This document shows positions 48,060-59,733 of a stretch of DNA of 64,000 nt, in pieces. A program made the translations under genes and the position numbers. The notes under the pieces were generated by a model. That model was not told where the DNA came from. It was given only the letters and a program-made list of their open reading frames with translations, and searched no databases. The stretch is from a candidate division WOR-3 bacterium (lineage in GTDB: Bacteria; Hydrothermota; Hydrothermia; B15-G9; WFZT01): NCBI GenBank assembly GCA_027053075.1, contig JALUEE010000047.1:84082-148081 (forward strand), written 5' to 3'. Position 1 is the stretch's first letter; each line of letters opens with the position of its first letter.

Positions 48060-48383
48060 ATGCTTTATAAAATCCTGATATTAATCTATCTCCTGACAGT
48101 AATCCTGATGGTTGTGGTCATTTTACTTCAGGAGCCGAAAGAGGGTGGTCTTTCAACTGGAATTGGTGGCGCTGGTGTAGAGAATATCTTGGGAGTGAGA
48201 GGCGCCCCCACGTTCTTTACAAAATTAACAGCAGTTCTGGGTGCCATTTTCCTCACGCTCTCTTTAGTCCTCTCCTTGCTCAACTCTCCTACAGCAAGGA
48301 CAAAGAGCGTGATAGAGAAGGAGGTAAAGCAGGGACTTAATTTACCACCAATACAAACTCCACAGACTCCACAAAACAAATAA
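48060..48383 (+). CDS. secG: Preprotein translocase subunit SecG
   Basis: VILLQ..K.GGL and LTAVLG..F motifs; tpiA-secG order. Confidence 0.92.
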   Translation: MLYKILILIYLLTVILMVVVILLQEPKEGGLSTGIGGAGVENILGVRGAPTFFTKLTAVLGAIFLTLSLVLSLLNSPTARTKSVIEKEVKQGLNLPPIQTPQTPQNK

Positions 48384-48398
48384 GAAGGAGGATAAACT

Positions 48399-48713
48399 AT
48401 GTACGTCGTACTGGAAGCCGGTGGGATGCAGTTTATAGCCAGAGAGAATAAAACGCTGGTTATCCCGAAAATAAAAAACGAAGTAGGAGAAAAAGTCACC
48501 TTTGAGAAAGTCCTTCTTTATAAGGACGATAATGAAACACTAGTCGGTAAACCTTACCTTGACAACGTGAAGGTTGAGGCCGAAGTTGTGGCCCACAAAA
48601 AACTTCCCAAAGTGGTCGTTTTTAAGTTCAAGAGAAGGAAAAACTACAAGAGGACAAAGGGACACAGACAGCCAGTTACAGAGGTTAAAATTACAAGTAT
48701 AACAAAAGGCTAA
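48399..48713 (+). CDS. rplU: 50S ribosomal protein L21
   Basis: GKPYL and VFKFKRRKNYKRTKGHRQ motifs. Confidence 0.96.
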   Translation: MYVVLEAGGMQFIARENKTLVIPKIKNEVGEKVTFEKVLLYKDDNETLVGKPYLDNVKVEAEVVAHKKLPKVVVFKFKRRKNYKRTKGHRQPVTEVKITSITKG

Positions 48714-48738
48714 ATTCTAAAAAGCGAGGGGTGGGATC

Positions 48739-51700
48739 ATGAGGATAGAGCGGAGATTTTGGATGGGGATTTTTTTATTGCTTTTTTGGGGACAACTGAA
48801 GTCTGAAACAATATTCCTCAATGATAAAGCCATTTCCTATGAGCTTGTAATCATAACCAATGAATCCCTTAAACCTGCATTTACACAATTCTTTAATCTA
48901 AAATGGTCAATGGGAATCCCTACAGAGATTGTAACAGTAGAGTGGGTTTACCGGAATTTTTCAGGTTTTGACAGGCAGGAGAAGATCAGAAATTTCATAA
49001 GATACGCGCGGGGCAATCTTAACGCGCACTTTATTCTGATTGGGGGTGACGTTGGAATCGTACCCACGAGAACACTCTACGTGCCGATGAATGGGACAGA
49101 TGATGATTTTATACCCGGGGATTTTTACTACATGTGTCTTGATGGAAATTTTAACGCCGATAGAGATACGCTTTTCGGCGAACCCGGGGATGAGGTGGAC
49201 TACACACCCGATGTAGCTGTCGCGAGATTACCAGTTAATAAAGCTACTGACGTGGAAAACTATCTTGGGAAAGAGATACGTTATTTATTTCATCCAGGTG
49301 ATTATCTAAACCGGGTGATACTGATAGGCTCGGATATCACAACACCGGGGAGCGGTGCACAGTTTTGCAGTGAAGTGGAAGATTCATTTCCTTCCAGATT
49401 CGAAAAGATTGAGTTTTTTGAGGACAACGGTACTAACAACGATAAAGATGAAGTCATTGACTCCCTCAATCGAGGGGCAGGATTTGTTTATGGCAACCTG
49501 CACGCCCAATCTTTTGATAGGATGCTTTTGAACTTCTCCCCTCGGAGACCTCTTACCAATTTTGACGTGGATCATCGTTTAACAAATGTGGATTTCCCCG
49601 GCTTTTACGACATTGTTACCTGTCATATAGGTGGATTTGACGTGGATGCGCTCGCCGAGCATCTCATAAGGGATTCCGCAGGAGCCATCGGTGTTTTTGC
49701 CACTACGAGGCTCAACTATCCTGTGATCACCATCAAACTCAACAAATACTTTTACAGTCTGCTTTTTCACAGAGGAATAAAGAAAATTGGCGACCTTGAT
49801 AAAATGGTGCGCTCTCACTTTGCATCAGATGCCTCAAATTATATAACCTACCGTTACGTTGATTACTCCTATGAAATGTTTGGTGACCCTACTTTAAAGT
49901 TATGGACCGGCAATCCCGACTCTTTTTTCGTCACTTCACCAGATACGATTACGACATCTACAAGAGTTTTACATATTGAGGTAAGTGATAGTCTGGGCGC
50001 TCCTATCGTAGGGGCAAAGGTTGTAGCATACCTCCCTGGAATTTTTATGTCCACAGATTCTACAGACTCGAGGGGTGAAGTTAATTTATCGGTGTTCCCG
50101 ACCCACCCCGGGAGTTTAAGCCTTTATGTGGAAAAGGACGGTTTTAAAAACTTCCTTAAGAGCGTTGCGATTAAGTCCGGTGGGAACAGCCTGTCGATTA
50201 TTTCTAAAACGTTTATACCCACCCAAATCGAGCCTGGAGATACGGTTTCACTCGGTATGCAAGCTGTGAATACAGGCACAAATTCACTCTCGAGCCTTAA
50301 TTTCAGAGTAGACGCGCGTGATTCTTTTATAACTTTTCTGGATTCTACCGAGTTTATAACTAATCTGGCAAGGGGCGATACTATTGATTTGAACAACGCC
50401 TTTAAGTTTGTAGTCGAGAGGCAAGCAACCGATGGATCGAGGATAGAAATTACCATTACTGGTCTACTCCCCTCGAGTGACACTTTAGTTGTTGATACAG
50501 CAGGATTTACCGTAATGGGTAGCGTCATTCATCCTCTTTTTGTAAGTGACTCGACCAGAGGAGACACTATTCTTTTGAATTTTGGGCTCGAGAATCAGGG
50601 AAGTGGCTCGGATTGGGCAGTTTTAAGTCTCGATTCTGGTAGATACCGGATTCTCGGTGGTGCTGATACGCTGATTTTAAATCCGGTTTCAGTGGAGGAA
50701 TCCGGTTACATATTTAGAATTTTACCAGATGCGGATTTTGACAGTGTGATAAATTTTTCGCTTATATGGAGTGCCGGAGATTATCACTATCAGTTTAAGC
50801 TCGGGAATGCTCTGGGAATTGACAGTGTGGTTTCAAAGCCCGTGGATGATGGAGTCATACTTAGCTGGCGACCAGTTCCCGGGGCCGCCTTGTACGCAAT
50901 CTATCAGGACAACCCTTTAGAACTTGTAGGAATCAGCTCTATTGCGAGCTGGATTGTGCAGACAGATTCGGCCGCGATTTTTAGAATTGCTGTAGTTGAC
51001 TCAAATGGATACCGGGGGGAGCTAAGTGTCCCTGTTACAGCCTACCCCCATCTCCCCATCAAAGATGGCTGGCCAGTTTATATAGAAGGAGGCACCTACA
51101 CGTCCCCAATAGTCTGTGATTTTGACCCATCGTACCCGGGTAAAGAGGTGTTTATCGCAAGTTTCCCCTACGGATACATTTATCTCTATCATGCTGACGG
51201 GACGATAGCCAATGGCTGGCCCATTTTCCTCGATGGCGAGATATGGTCATCACCTGCAGCGGCAGACCTGGATGGTGATAGCATCCCTGAAATTGTTGTG
51301 GCCCTGCGTTCCAGAAACGAGGTCTATGCGTTCAAATCAGACGGCTCAATTCTGGACGGCTGGCCGGTTCACACGTACAGGGGGACTTATTACACCCCGG
51401 CAATCGGTGATATTGATGGGGATGGTTCCCCTGAGATTGTCGTAAATGACCAGAGTGCCAATCTTTATGTTTTCAGGGCAGATGGCTCTGGATTCGAGGA
51501 TTCAAGTGGAGTGTTTTTAAACGTTTCCAACTGGTGGTATGCCGGGAGTCCAGTACTCTTTGACTACAATGGTGATGGCAGGCTGGACATCGGAATCGGC
51601 TCACGAGTGAACGGATATCAGGAATTTATTGTCGTATCGGCAGGTCATGACACATTACTTGAAATACCGGTTTCAGGCAGAATGGTTAGCGCACCTGTCA

Positions 51701-52548
51701 TTGGCGAATTTCTCCTGGACTCAACCGGTGATGAAATTTTGATAAATGACAACAATGAGCTCAAATTATATTCACACAATGGCAACCTGCTACCTGGCTG
51801 GCTGGTCGAGGGTTTTAGTTCAGCAGTTGCAGCTGATGTAAATTACGATGGCCAGCTTGAAATTATTGGTACAACTCAGTCAGGGGTGGCTATTTACAAC
51901 TCCTCCGGGGAACTGATGATGAGCGAGAATTTTGCTGACCTCGATTATTACCTGAAGTCCCCGGTAATCGCTGATGTGGACAACGACAGGACACCAGAAG
52001 TCCTGTTTGAGAGTTTTATCGGAGCGAAGCTCTATTCAGTAAATCTGGACGGTGGTATCACACATGGATTTCCCTTTAATCTCAAGGAGAGTCCGGGCTA
52101 TTCTGTTCCTTTTATCGAGGATGTAGACGGTGACGGCTTTCTCGATATCATAGTTGGGAGCACCTTTGACAGTCTCTGGGTGCTTGCAACACCCACACCT
52201 GCTGATGGATCGCGCGCTCTCTGGAAAACAGAAAAATACGATATTGCAAGAACAGGATGGATCAGATTTATTCCCGTTACAGCCCACGAAAGTGGTGAAT
52301 GGCGAAATTTAAGATTGACTCCATCCATTACCCGGGGATACCTATTGTTTGACCCACCCCGGAATTTGGGTGGTCGTTTTAAGATTGAATTTTACGACAT
52401 ATCGGGTCGCAGGGTTGCAAAATTTCAATTTTCACGTCCACATCCTGTAAAATTAGAGCTTCCTTCTAAGCTACCGAATGGAATTTACTTTTACAGAATT
52501 CGGGCTTCATCACAAACAGCCGAAGGAAAGATACTACTTTTGAGGTAA
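48739..52548 (+). CDS. C25 (gingipain-like) cysteine peptidase with FG-GAP/VCBS repeats and T9SS-type C-terminal domain
   Basis: IRNFI, LIGGD...VP, VARLP and MFGDP motifs; putative His/Cys (NLHA, VTCH); DxDGDG repeats; YDISGRRV...GIYFYR. Confidence 0.85.
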   Translation: MRIERRFWMGIFLLLFWGQLKSETIFLNDKAISYELVIITNESLKPAFTQFFNLKWSMGIPTEIVTVEWVYRNFSGFDRQEKIRNFIRYARGNLNAHFILIGGDVGIVPTRTLYVPMNGTDDDFIPGDFYYMCLDGNFNADRDTLFGEPGDEVDYTPDVAVARLPVNKATDVENYLGKEIRYLFHPGDYLNRVILIGSDITTPGSGAQFCSEVEDSFPSRFEKIEFFEDNGTNNDKDEVIDSLNRGAGFVYGNLHAQSFDRMLLNFSPRRPLTNFDVDHRLTNVDFPGFYDIVTCHIGGFDVDALAEHLIRDSAGAIGVFATTRLNYPVITIKLNKYFYSLLFHRGIKKIGDLDKMVRSHFASDASNYITYRYVDYSYEMFGDPTLKLWTGNPDSFFVTSPDTITTSTRVLHIEVSDSLGAPIVGAKVVAYLPGIFMSTDSTDSRGEVNLSVFPTHPGSLSLYVEKDGFKNFLKSVAIKSGGNSLSIISKTFIPTQIEPGDTVSLGMQAVNTGTNSLSSLNFRVDARDSFITFLDSTEFITNLARGDTIDLNNAFKFVVERQATDGSRIEITITGLLPSSDTLVVDTAGFTVMGSVIHPLFVSDSTRGDTILLNFGLENQGSGSDWAVLSLDSGRYRILGGADTLILNPVSVEESGYIFRILPDADFDSVINFSLIWSAGDYHYQFKLGNALGIDSVVSKPVDDGVILSWRPVPGAALYAIYQDNPLELVGISSIASWIVQTDSAAIFRIAVVDSNGYRGELSVPVTAYPHLPIKDGWPVYIEGGTYTSPIVCDFDPSYPGKEVFIASFPYGYIYLYHADGTIANGWPIFLDGEIWSSPAAADLDGDSIPEIVVALRSRNEVYAFKSDGSILDGWPVHTYRGTYYTPAIGDIDGDGSPEIVVNDQSANLYVFRADGSGFEDSSGVFLNVSNWWYAGSPVLFDYNGDGRLDIGIGSRVNGYQEFIVVSAGHDTLLEIPVSGRMVSAPVIGEFLLDSTGDEILINDNNELKLYSHNGNLLPGWLVEGFSSAVAADVNYDGQLEIIGTTQSGVAIYNSSGELMMSENFADLDYYLKSPVIADVDNDRTPEVLFESFIGAKLYSVNLDGGITHGFPFNLKESPGYSVPFIEDVDGDGFLDIIVGSTFDSLWVLATPTPADGSRALWKTEKYDIARTGWIRFIPVTAHESGEWRNLRLTPSITRGYLLFDPPRNLGGRFKIEFYDISGRRVAKFQFSRPHPVKLELPSKLPNGIYFYRIRASSQTAEGKILLLR

Positions 52549-52549
52549 A

Positions 52550-53614
52550 ATGTACGAAGAGATCAAAGAAAAATTCAAAAAATTAGAGGAGCAGCTCCAG
52601 GACCCCAAAATACTAAGTAATCAGGAAAAGTACATAGCTGTAGCCCAGGAATACAAAGAGCTTAAGGAGCTTGTTTCCCTCATAGAAAAGTATGAGAATG
52701 CCACAAAAGAGCTCGATAATGTCCGCTCCATGCTGGAGGAAGAAAACGACGAGGAGATGCGGGAGTTTCTGAAGGAAGAGCAGGAGAGACTGGAGCAGGA
52801 AATAGAGAATCTGGACAAAGAGATTAAACTCGCCCTTGTTCCAAGAGACCCGGAGGATGAAAAAAATGCGATTGTTGAAATCAGGGCCGGTACCGGGGGC
52901 GAGGAGGCAGCGCTATTTGCCCGCGACCTATTCAGAATGTACTCAAAGTATGCTGAAAAGAAGGGATGGAAAATAAGTGTCACGGACCTTCATGAAACAC
53001 CTCTCGGGGGTTACAAAGAAATTATATTTTTGATCGAAGGAAAGGGAGTTTATGGCCGTCTTAAGTATGAATCAGGTGTACACAGGGTTCAGAGGATACC
53101 TGTGACAGAGACAGGTGGCCGCATTCACACCTCTTCTGCCTCAGTAGTTGTCCTCCCCGAGGCGGAAGAACAGGAGATAGAGATAAATCCAGAAGAACTT
53201 AAGATCGAAACCTTCAGGGCAAGTGGACCTGGCGGACAGCATGTTAATGTCACTGATTCAGCAGTTAGAATCACACATATCCCCACAGGAATAGTGGTCG
53301 CATGCCAGGACGAGAGGTCTCAACATAAAAACAGGGCAAAGGCACTGAGGATACTCAGAGCTCGATTGCAGGACCTTCATCGCAAGGAGCATGAGCGTGA
53401 AATTGGGAGCAAACGGAAAAGCTACATTGGCACAGGTGACAGAAGCGAGAAGATCAGAACATACAACTTCCCACAGAACAGGGTGACCGATCACAGAATA
53501 AATCTAACCATTTACAACCTTGAAGGCATCCTCGATGGAGACCTCGACGAAATCCTTGACAAACTTCAGGAAGTTGAACTGGAAAAGAAGTTAAAAGAAG
53601 CAACCACCACCTGA
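52550..53614 (+). CDS. prfA: Peptide chain release factor 1
   Basis: PVT specificity motif, GGQ motif, [15 protein letters not shown]. Confidence 0.97.
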   Translation: MYEEIKEKFKKLEEQLQDPKILSNQEKYIAVAQEYKELKELVSLIEKYENATKELDNVRSMLEEENDEEMREFLKEEQERLEQEIENLDKEIKLALVPRDPEDEKNAIVEIRAGTGGEEAALFARDLFRMYSKYAEKKGWKISVTDLHETPLGGYKEIIFLIEGKGVYGRLKYESGVHRVQRIPVTETGGRIHTSSASVVVLPEAEEQEIEINPEELKIETFRASGPGGQHVNVTDSAVRITHIPTGIVVACQDERSQHKNRAKALRILRARLQDLHRKEHEREIGSKRKSYIGTGDRSEKIRTYNFPQNRVTDHRINLTIYNLEGILDGDLDEILDKLQEVELEKKLKEATTT

Positions 53615-53739
53615 ATTTATCTCCACCATACATTTTAAAAAACTACAAGTGATGGACCAGGTAGCTAATTACGCAGAATTCATATAATTTGAAAGGGGTT
53701 GATTGGAAGCCTTAAAATAAGACGCATAGGAGGAATGAT

Positions 53740-55575
53740 ATGGCAACAGAAATCGAGATTAAAAAAAGAGTTATAGCCACTGACTGTGGAAGTACTACCA
53801 CAAAGGCCATATTAATTGGGAAAAAAGAAGACAGTTTTAGATTAATTGCAAGAGGTGAGGCGCCAACAACGGTTGAGGCACCATTTGAGGATGTGACGCG
53901 CGGTGTTTTGAACTCCTTCCGTGAAGTTGAAGAGCTTACCGGTATCAAGATTTTAGAGGGCGAAAAAATCATCAAACCTGCCGAAGAAAATGAAGGAGTT
54001 GACGCATACGTCTCCACTTCTTCTGCCGGTGGTGGTCTCCAGATGCTCGTCGCGGGAGTTGTTAAAAGCATGACTGCAGAAAGTGCCGCTCGTGCCGCTC
54101 TCGGTGCAGGTGCTATTGTTATGGAGGTTATCGCGTCCAATGACGGAAGGATGCCTCATGAACGTGTGGAGCTCATCAGAAGATTGAGACCCGATATGAT
54201 TCTTCTTGCAGGTGGAGTGGACGGCGGAACCAAAAAACACGTTATTGAGCTTGCAGAGTTGATTGCCGCAGCAGAGCCAAGACCAAGATTTGGTGTTGGA
54301 TACAAATTGCCTGTAATTTACGCAGGCAATAAAGATGCAAGAGAAGATATTAAGAAAATTTTAGGCGACAAGGTCGCTCTTTACATTGTTGATAACATAC
54401 GGCCTGTTCTCGAGCGTGAAAATCTCCGCCCGGCGAGGGATAAGATTCATGAGCTCTTTATGGAACACGTTATGCAGCATGCTCCTGGATACAAGAAGCT
54501 CATGAGCTGGACAGATGTGCCCATTATGCCCACGCCCGGTGCCGTTGGACTACTTGTGGAAAAAGTTGCACGGAAAAACAATATTGAGGTGCTCGGTGTT
54601 GATATCGGTGGTGCAACAACCGACGTCTTCTCCGTGTTCCAGGGTGTGTTCAACAGAACGGTTTCCGCAAACCTTGGAATGAGTTATTCAATTTCCAACG
54701 TGATGGTGGAAGCCGGTATTAAAAACATCTTGAGATGGGTGCCTTTCAAGATTGAGGAGTCCGACCTGAGAAACAGAATCAGAAATAAGATGATCCGACC
54801 GACCACCATTCCTCAGACACTGGAGGAGCTCATTATCGAGCAGGCAATTGCGAGAGAAGCCTTAAGGCTTGCATTTCAGCACCATAAGGCAATGGCAGTG
54901 GGTCTTAAAGGTGTTCAGCAGCAGAGGACCATTTCAGATGCATTTGCACAGACCATGACAGGTGAGACGCTTGTTAACATGATGACTCTCGCTCTTATAA
55001 TCGGCTCAGGTGGTGTGCTTTCCCACGCTCCTCGTCGTCAGCAGGCAGCCCTTATGATGCTTGATGCATTCCAGCCAGAAGGTGTTACCATGCTCACGGT
55101 GGATTCAATTTTCATGATGCCACATCTTGGAGTTCTTTCTACAGTTCATGAGGAAGCCGCAACAGAGGTGTTTGACAGAGACTGCCTTATAAGGCTCGGA
55201 AGCTCCATTGCTCCAAAAGGTGTGGATAAAGAGGGCAAGCCCTGTGTAAAAGTGATTCTTGATCTGCCGAGAGGTGAGAAAAAGAAGATTCAGGTCAACT
55301 TCGGGGAGCTCGTCAGGGTGCCCCTCGGTGTGGGAGAGAAGGCAAAAGCTACAATTGAGCCCTCAAAGAATTTTGATGCTGGAGCCGGAAAGGGGAAAAT
55401 TACTGAAACTGAAGTGGAAGGTGGAGTTGTCGGATTAATCATAGACTGCAGAGGAAGACCGCTTCAGATTCCCGAAGACCCCAAGGATAGGGTTGAAAAG
55501 TTATCGAAATGGATTAAAGCCCTGGATGTTTATCCACAGGAGAAATACCAGGAACTTATAGAAAAATGGGCTTAA
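53740..55575 (+). CDS. glmL: Glutamate mutase L (GlmL/MutL-type) B12-mutase reactivating factor family protein
   Basis: DCGSTTTKA, SSAGGGL, LAGGVDGG, MPTP, DIGGATTDVFS and IGSGG motifs. Confidence 0.85.
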   Translation: MATEIEIKKRVIATDCGSTTTKAILIGKKEDSFRLIARGEAPTTVEAPFEDVTRGVLNSFREVEELTGIKILEGEKIIKPAEENEGVDAYVSTSSAGGGLQMLVAGVVKSMTAESAARAALGAGAIVMEVIASNDGRMPHERVELIRRLRPDMILLAGGVDGGTKKHVIELAELIAAAEPRPRFGVGYKLPVIYAGNKDAREDIKKILGDKVALYIVDNIRPVLERENLRPARDKIHELFMEHVMQHAPGYKKLMSWTDVPIMPTPGAVGLLVEKVARKNNIEVLGVDIGGATTDVFSVFQGVFNRTVSANLGMSYSISNVMVEAGIKNILRWVPFKIEESDLRNRIRNKMIRPTTIPQTLEELIIEQAIAREALRLAFQHHKAMAVGLKGVQQQRTISDAFAQTMTGETLVNMMTLALIIGSGGVLSHAPRRQQAALMMLDAFQPEGVTMLTVDSIFMMPHLGVLSTVHEEAATEVFDRDCLIRLGSSIAPKGVDKEGKPCVKVILDLPRGEKKKIQVNFGELVRVPLGVGEKAKATIEPSKNFDAGAGKGKITETEVEGGVVGLIIDCRGRPLQIPEDPKDRVEKLSKWIKALDVYPQEKYQELIEKWA

Positions 55576-55603
55576 ATTAATTCACTTGCCCATTATCAAA
55601 AAA

Positions 55604-55634
55604 CTTGACAACCCCCACTCAGGGATTATATAAA
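55604..55634 (+). promoter_or_regulatory. Putative promoter with HAIR-like inverted repeat
   Basis: TTGACA at 55605 with TATATA/TATAAA at 16/18 spacing; CTTGACA-N6-ACTCAGG. Confidence 0.5.
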
Positions 55635-55675
55635 TATAAATACATCTGAAAAAACCTCTGAAGGGGGGATGAAGT

Positions 55676-55969
55676 ATGATAAAAGAAATCGGGCCAAATG
55701 AGCCTGTGTATGTAATCAGTGTGGCAGCTCGACTTGTTGGGTTACATGTGCAAACGTTGAGATTGTACGAGAAAAAAGGGCTTGTGGTTCCAAAGAGAAC
55801 AGATAAAAAGACAAGACTGTATTCTTTGAACGACCTTAAAAAGCTAAAGCTCATAAAATACTTAACGCATGAAAAAGGGCTGAATCTTGCAGGTGTAAAA
55901 ATGGTGCTTGAAATGACCGTTGATATAGATAAGGCCCTGGAGGAATTTGAGAAGGATGAGTCTCTATAA
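55676..55969 (+). CDS. hspR: MerR-family regulator, HspR-like
   Basis: PVYVISVAARLVGLHVQTLRLYEKKGLVVPKRT and GLNLAGV motifs. Confidence 0.8.
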   Translation: MIKEIGPNEPVYVISVAARLVGLHVQTLRLYEKKGLVVPKRTDKKTRLYSLNDLKKLKLIKYLTHEKGLNLAGVKMVLEMTVDIDKALEEFEKDESL

Positions 55970-56795
55970 CATTGATGAAAAATCGCTTGAAATATACTTC
56001 AGAGAGATTGCCGACTCTCCTACTCTGACACCGGAGGAGGAGAGGGAGCTTATTATTCGCGCCCAGAAGGGCGATAAAGAGGCGATCGAAAAATTAATAT
56101 ATTCTCACCTCAAGTTTGTGGTGAGCATCGCAAGGCACTACCAGGGTTACGGCGTGCCTCTTGCGGACCTTATCAATGAGGGCAACCTCGGTCTTTTGCG
56201 TGCCCTCAAAAGATTTGATCCCAACAGGAAGGTGAGATTCCTATCTTATGCAATCTGGTGGATTCGCCAGGCGATTATGAAAGCCCTCAACGAGCAGTCT
56301 CGCCTGATCAAGATTTCTGGTGAGCAGCGGGCAAAGATGAAGCGCATACGCGAGGCGCAGATTGACCTGCTACAGGAAAAGGGAGTGGAGCCGACATTTG
56401 ACGAGATTGCAGAAGAGCTTGGGATTCCCACCGAAGAGGTGAAAAAGTCCTACAGTTTGATAACTTCTGAAGTTTCCCTCGATTCACCAGTTTACCCTGA
56501 CAATGAGAAGCAGACACTTGTGGATATCGTAAATCAGGATGCCCTGCCATCACCCGAAGAGGCTTACGAAGAGGTGGAGCTTGTTGAAAGGCTCAAAGAG
56601 GCCATGCAGGACCTCCGGCCGAGGGATAAGATGATACTTGAAATGTACTACGGACTCGACGATGGGCGACCCAAGACACTTGAGGAAATTGGTAAAAAAC
56701 TGGGAATTTCCAGGGAGAGGGTGAGACAGCTCAAGGAGCGTGCACTCAGAACCCTGAAGCAAAAACATGGAGAGCTACTTAAAAACCTGATATGA
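55956..56795 (+). CDS. RNA polymerase sigma factor, RpoD/SigA family short form (regions 1.2-4, no region 1.1)
   Basis: DLINEGNLGL, FLSYAIWWIRQAI and TLEEIG...SRERVRQ motifs; ATG 55956 follows GGAGG. Confidence 0.9.
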   Translation: MSLYNIDEKSLEIYFREIADSPTLTPEEERELIIRAQKGDKEAIEKLIYSHLKFVVSIARHYQGYGVPLADLINEGNLGLLRALKRFDPNRKVRFLSYAIWWIRQAIMKALNEQSRLIKISGEQRAKMKRIREAQIDLLQEKGVEPTFDEIAEELGIPTEEVKKSYSLITSEVSLDSPVYPDNEKQTLVDIVNQDALPSPEEAYEEVELVERLKEAMQDLRPRDKMILEMYYGLDDGRPKTLEEIGKKLGISRERVRQLKERALRTLKQKHGELLKNLI

Positions 56796-57787
56796 TACAC
56801 ATACGTGAGGACCTTTTAATCGAAAAGATAAAAGAATTTTACAAGCCACATCCTCGGATAGTTAATGGATTTGGCGATGACACGATCATTCTGAAGGAGA
56901 TACCCACACAGAATCTTGTTTTCAGCGTGGATGCGACCATCGAAGGCAGGCATTTCTATCCAGATATTCTCCCGTACGAACAGGTGGGGCATAGAGCACT
57001 TGCCGGCGCCCTGTCAGACCTCGCCGTTGTGGGTGCTACACCCCTTACATTTATCGTGAATCTTGAGATACCTAAAAGATTTCCGGAGAACAACGTTCTA
57101 AGAATTTATCGTGGCTTTGAGGAACTGGGAAAGGCATTCTGCATATCTCCTTCCGGAGGCAACATCACCGCTTCCGAAAGGGTTGGACTGGTTCTGACTG
57201 TAATTGGCGAAATTCCACGCGATAGAACGATATCCCGAAGTCATGCCGAGCCCGGAGACAAGGTTGTTGTTACCGGTGATCTCGGGAGGGTGAGAACGGC
57301 TCTAAATATCATCAACAGGCACGAGATCAAAAAGAAAATACCATCCGACCAGCTTGATGAAATACTTGAAAAGTTCTACAAGCCCTGGCCAAAGATTAAT
57401 TTCATGAAAAAGTTACTTTCGGAGGTGAACATAAACGCATCCATCGACATCTCCGATGGACTCGGCGCAGACCTGTCTCGTATTGCAAGGGCTTCGCAGG
57501 TAGAAATTGTAATTTATGAGAGGAAGTTGCCTTTTAAACCATACTTAAGAGATGTCGCAAGAATGATTGGTACCCCTCTATTCCAGCTTGTCGTTGGTAG
57601 CGGTGAGGAGTACGAGATTGCATTTACATTGAACGAAGAAGAATTTGAGAAATTAAAGAGACTGGGGTATGATGTTACCGAGATAGGCGAAGTTACGCAC
57701 TCTCCCCATGTAGGGGTAAGGATGGTCAAAGAGGATGGCAGCGAGGTTTACGTGGACAATATGGGCTATGACCATCTAAAGGGATAG
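56792..57787 (+). CDS. thiL: Thiamine-phosphate kinase
   Basis: GDD, SDLAVVGA, GGN, IDISDGL and GEEYE motifs. Confidence 0.93.
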   Translation: MIHIREDLLIEKIKEFYKPHPRIVNGFGDDTIILKEIPTQNLVFSVDATIEGRHFYPDILPYEQVGHRALAGALSDLAVVGATPLTFIVNLEIPKRFPENNVLRIYRGFEELGKAFCISPSGGNITASERVGLVLTVIGEIPRDRTISRSHAEPGDKVVVTGDLGRVRTALNIINRHEIKKKIPSDQLDEILEKFYKPWPKINFMKKLLSEVNINASIDISDGLGADLSRIARASQVEIVIYERKLPFKPYLRDVARMIGTPLFQLVVGSGEEYEIAFTLNEEEFEKLKRLGYDVTEIGEVTHSPHVGVRMVKEDGSEVYVDNMGYDHLKG

Positions 57788-57849
57788 AGTTGACCATACG
57801 AAAAGCGAATTAAATAATTTTACCATCAAACCACCACAAAGAGAGAGAT

Positions 57850-59733
57850 TTGGATACCAGAAAAAGGGTCAAAAAATTGTGGAGAAAGCTCTCCTTTCTG
57901 GAGAGGGTGGGGAAAATCAGCCTGATTTTCATACCTTTATTCCTATTTGCTAAAACCGACACCTACAAGTACACAAATATCGGAAATATCGCTCTGACCG
58001 TAACCAACTTCGGGGTTCTTGGAAATGCTTTCAGGGTCTTTGATCCGGTTACACACGAGCCTTTACCATCCTGCGAATATCCCATTGGATCACGGACAGA
58101 GCACCTTTATAGAGCCGGTATCTGGGTTGGCGCAAAATTAGGAAATGAGGAAAGGGTTTCAACAGCCGTAATAGATGCCCTGACCGCAACCCCCGGGTCA
58201 TCAGAGGGGTTTGAGTTCATGCCTACCCCCTACATTGGAGACACAGTTATTGAGAAATCAACTTTAATAACTTCACAGTATTATGACCCCACGGCGATTT
58301 CTGAGCAGGATTTTTATGCAACCTTTTACGATACTGTGAGTACTATCCCAAACCATCATCCCCTTGGGCTTAAGGTCAATCTTGTTAGTCTGGCCTGGAG
58401 TTATTCATACATAGATGATGCCGTAATACTTGACTACACAATAAAAAATATCGGGCCATACGACCTTGATTCCGTTTACCTTGGTATTTATGCTGAGCTT
58501 GTGACTGGTAACAGGGACTTCTGGGGACAGGATTTTGGCCGTTCGCCATTTTTCCAGCACAAAAGACTCTTTTATCTTGATTCGCTTAGAATGGCTTATG
58601 AGAGAAACGACGGGTACGATTATCTTGCCCAGGGAATGGTGGGTATAAAACTTCTTGGGGTTCAGCACGATACAACCAATATCCCAATGGATTCCATGAC
58701 GGTTTCGTTCAACTGGTGGCACTGGGACTACAGCGTCCAGGTTTCAGACAGCCAGAGATACCAGCTTTTGAGTAATGGTGAGCGTGATCCAGACGTGGAT
58801 GATGAGTATGTAGAGCAGAATGGTTATGTTGACCCTGCATTCTTAATTTCTGTGGGGCCGGTCCGTAACCTGTTCAGGGGTGATTCAGTCAGGTTTGTTA
58901 TCGCATTTGTTGGTGGAATGAACCCTACAGAGCTTGTTCAAAACGCAAATTGGGCACAGAGGGCCTTTGAGGCGAACTATATTCTTCCGGCCCCACCACC
59001 GTCACCGAGGCTGGTCGTGGTGCCCGGAAACAGAAAGGTAACTCTTTATTTTGACAACTCTCCGGAATTTGCAAGAGACCCAACGCCACCACATCTAAGA
59101 GACTTTGAAGGCTACCGTATCTACAGGGGCACATCCCCGCAGCTTGCAGACTCATCCTGGATTCTTCTTAAACAGTACGATAAAACTCCAGACGATACCA
59201 TCCGGGATGTGGACCATTCAGGAGGATTTAACACCGGTATGCCACCAAAAGAAACTGAGGGCCCCTATGCAGGATGGTATAAGTACGTCGATTATGGGGT
59301 TAAAAACGGTTTCACTTACTATTATGCTGTAACATCCTACGATGTAGGTAATCCAGACATTGGTCTGCCAAGTCTTGAGAGCTCTATAAGGCAAAATATG
59401 GTCAAAGTTATACCCGGCACGCCACCGACAGAGGACAAAAAGGTTTATGTATACCCCAATCCTTACAAAAAATCTTCACTCTGGGATAAACCCGGCCCTT
59501 ATGGACGTGTTATCAGGTTCAATAATCTACCGCCCAAATGCACGATTTACATTTTCAACCTTGCCGGTGACCTTGTTAAAACTATCCACCATGACAATCC
59601 AAATTATGGTGAAGAGACCTGGAATCTCATAACAGACAAAGACCAGGAAGTAGCAACCGGTCTTTATTATTTTGTTGTGAAGGATGAAAAAACCGGGAAA
59701 ATTAAACGTGGAAAGTTTTTAATAGTCAAATGA
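57850..59733 (+). CDS. Secreted protein with Fn3-like domain and T9SS/FlgD-type C-terminal domain; start possibly GTG 57907
   Basis: DFEGYRIYR, YYYAVTSYD and VYPNPY...IFNLAGDLV...GLYYF motifs. Confidence 0.75.
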   Translation: MDTRKRVKKLWRKLSFLERVGKISLIFIPLFLFAKTDTYKYTNIGNIALTVTNFGVLGNAFRVFDPVTHEPLPSCEYPIGSRTEHLYRAGIWVGAKLGNEERVSTAVIDALTATPGSSEGFEFMPTPYIGDTVIEKSTLITSQYYDPTAISEQDFYATFYDTVSTIPNHHPLGLKVNLVSLAWSYSYIDDAVILDYTIKNIGPYDLDSVYLGIYAELVTGNRDFWGQDFGRSPFFQHKRLFYLDSLRMAYERNDGYDYLAQGMVGIKLLGVQHDTTNIPMDSMTVSFNWWHWDYSVQVSDSQRYQLLSNGERDPDVDDEYVEQNGYVDPAFLISVGPVRNLFRGDSVRFVIAFVGGMNPTELVQNANWAQRAFEANYILPAPPPSPRLVVVPGNRKVTLYFDNSPEFARDPTPPHLRDFEGYRIYRGTSPQLADSSWILLKQYDKTPDDTIRDVDHSGGFNTGMPPKETEGPYAGWYKYVDYGVKNGFTYYYAVTSYDVGNPDIGLPSLESSIRQNMVKVIPGTPPTEDKKVYVYPNPYKKSSLWDKPGPYGRVIRFNNLPPKCTIYIFNLAGDLVKTIHHDNPNYGEETWNLITDKDQEVATGLYYFVVKDEKTGKIKRGKFLIVK

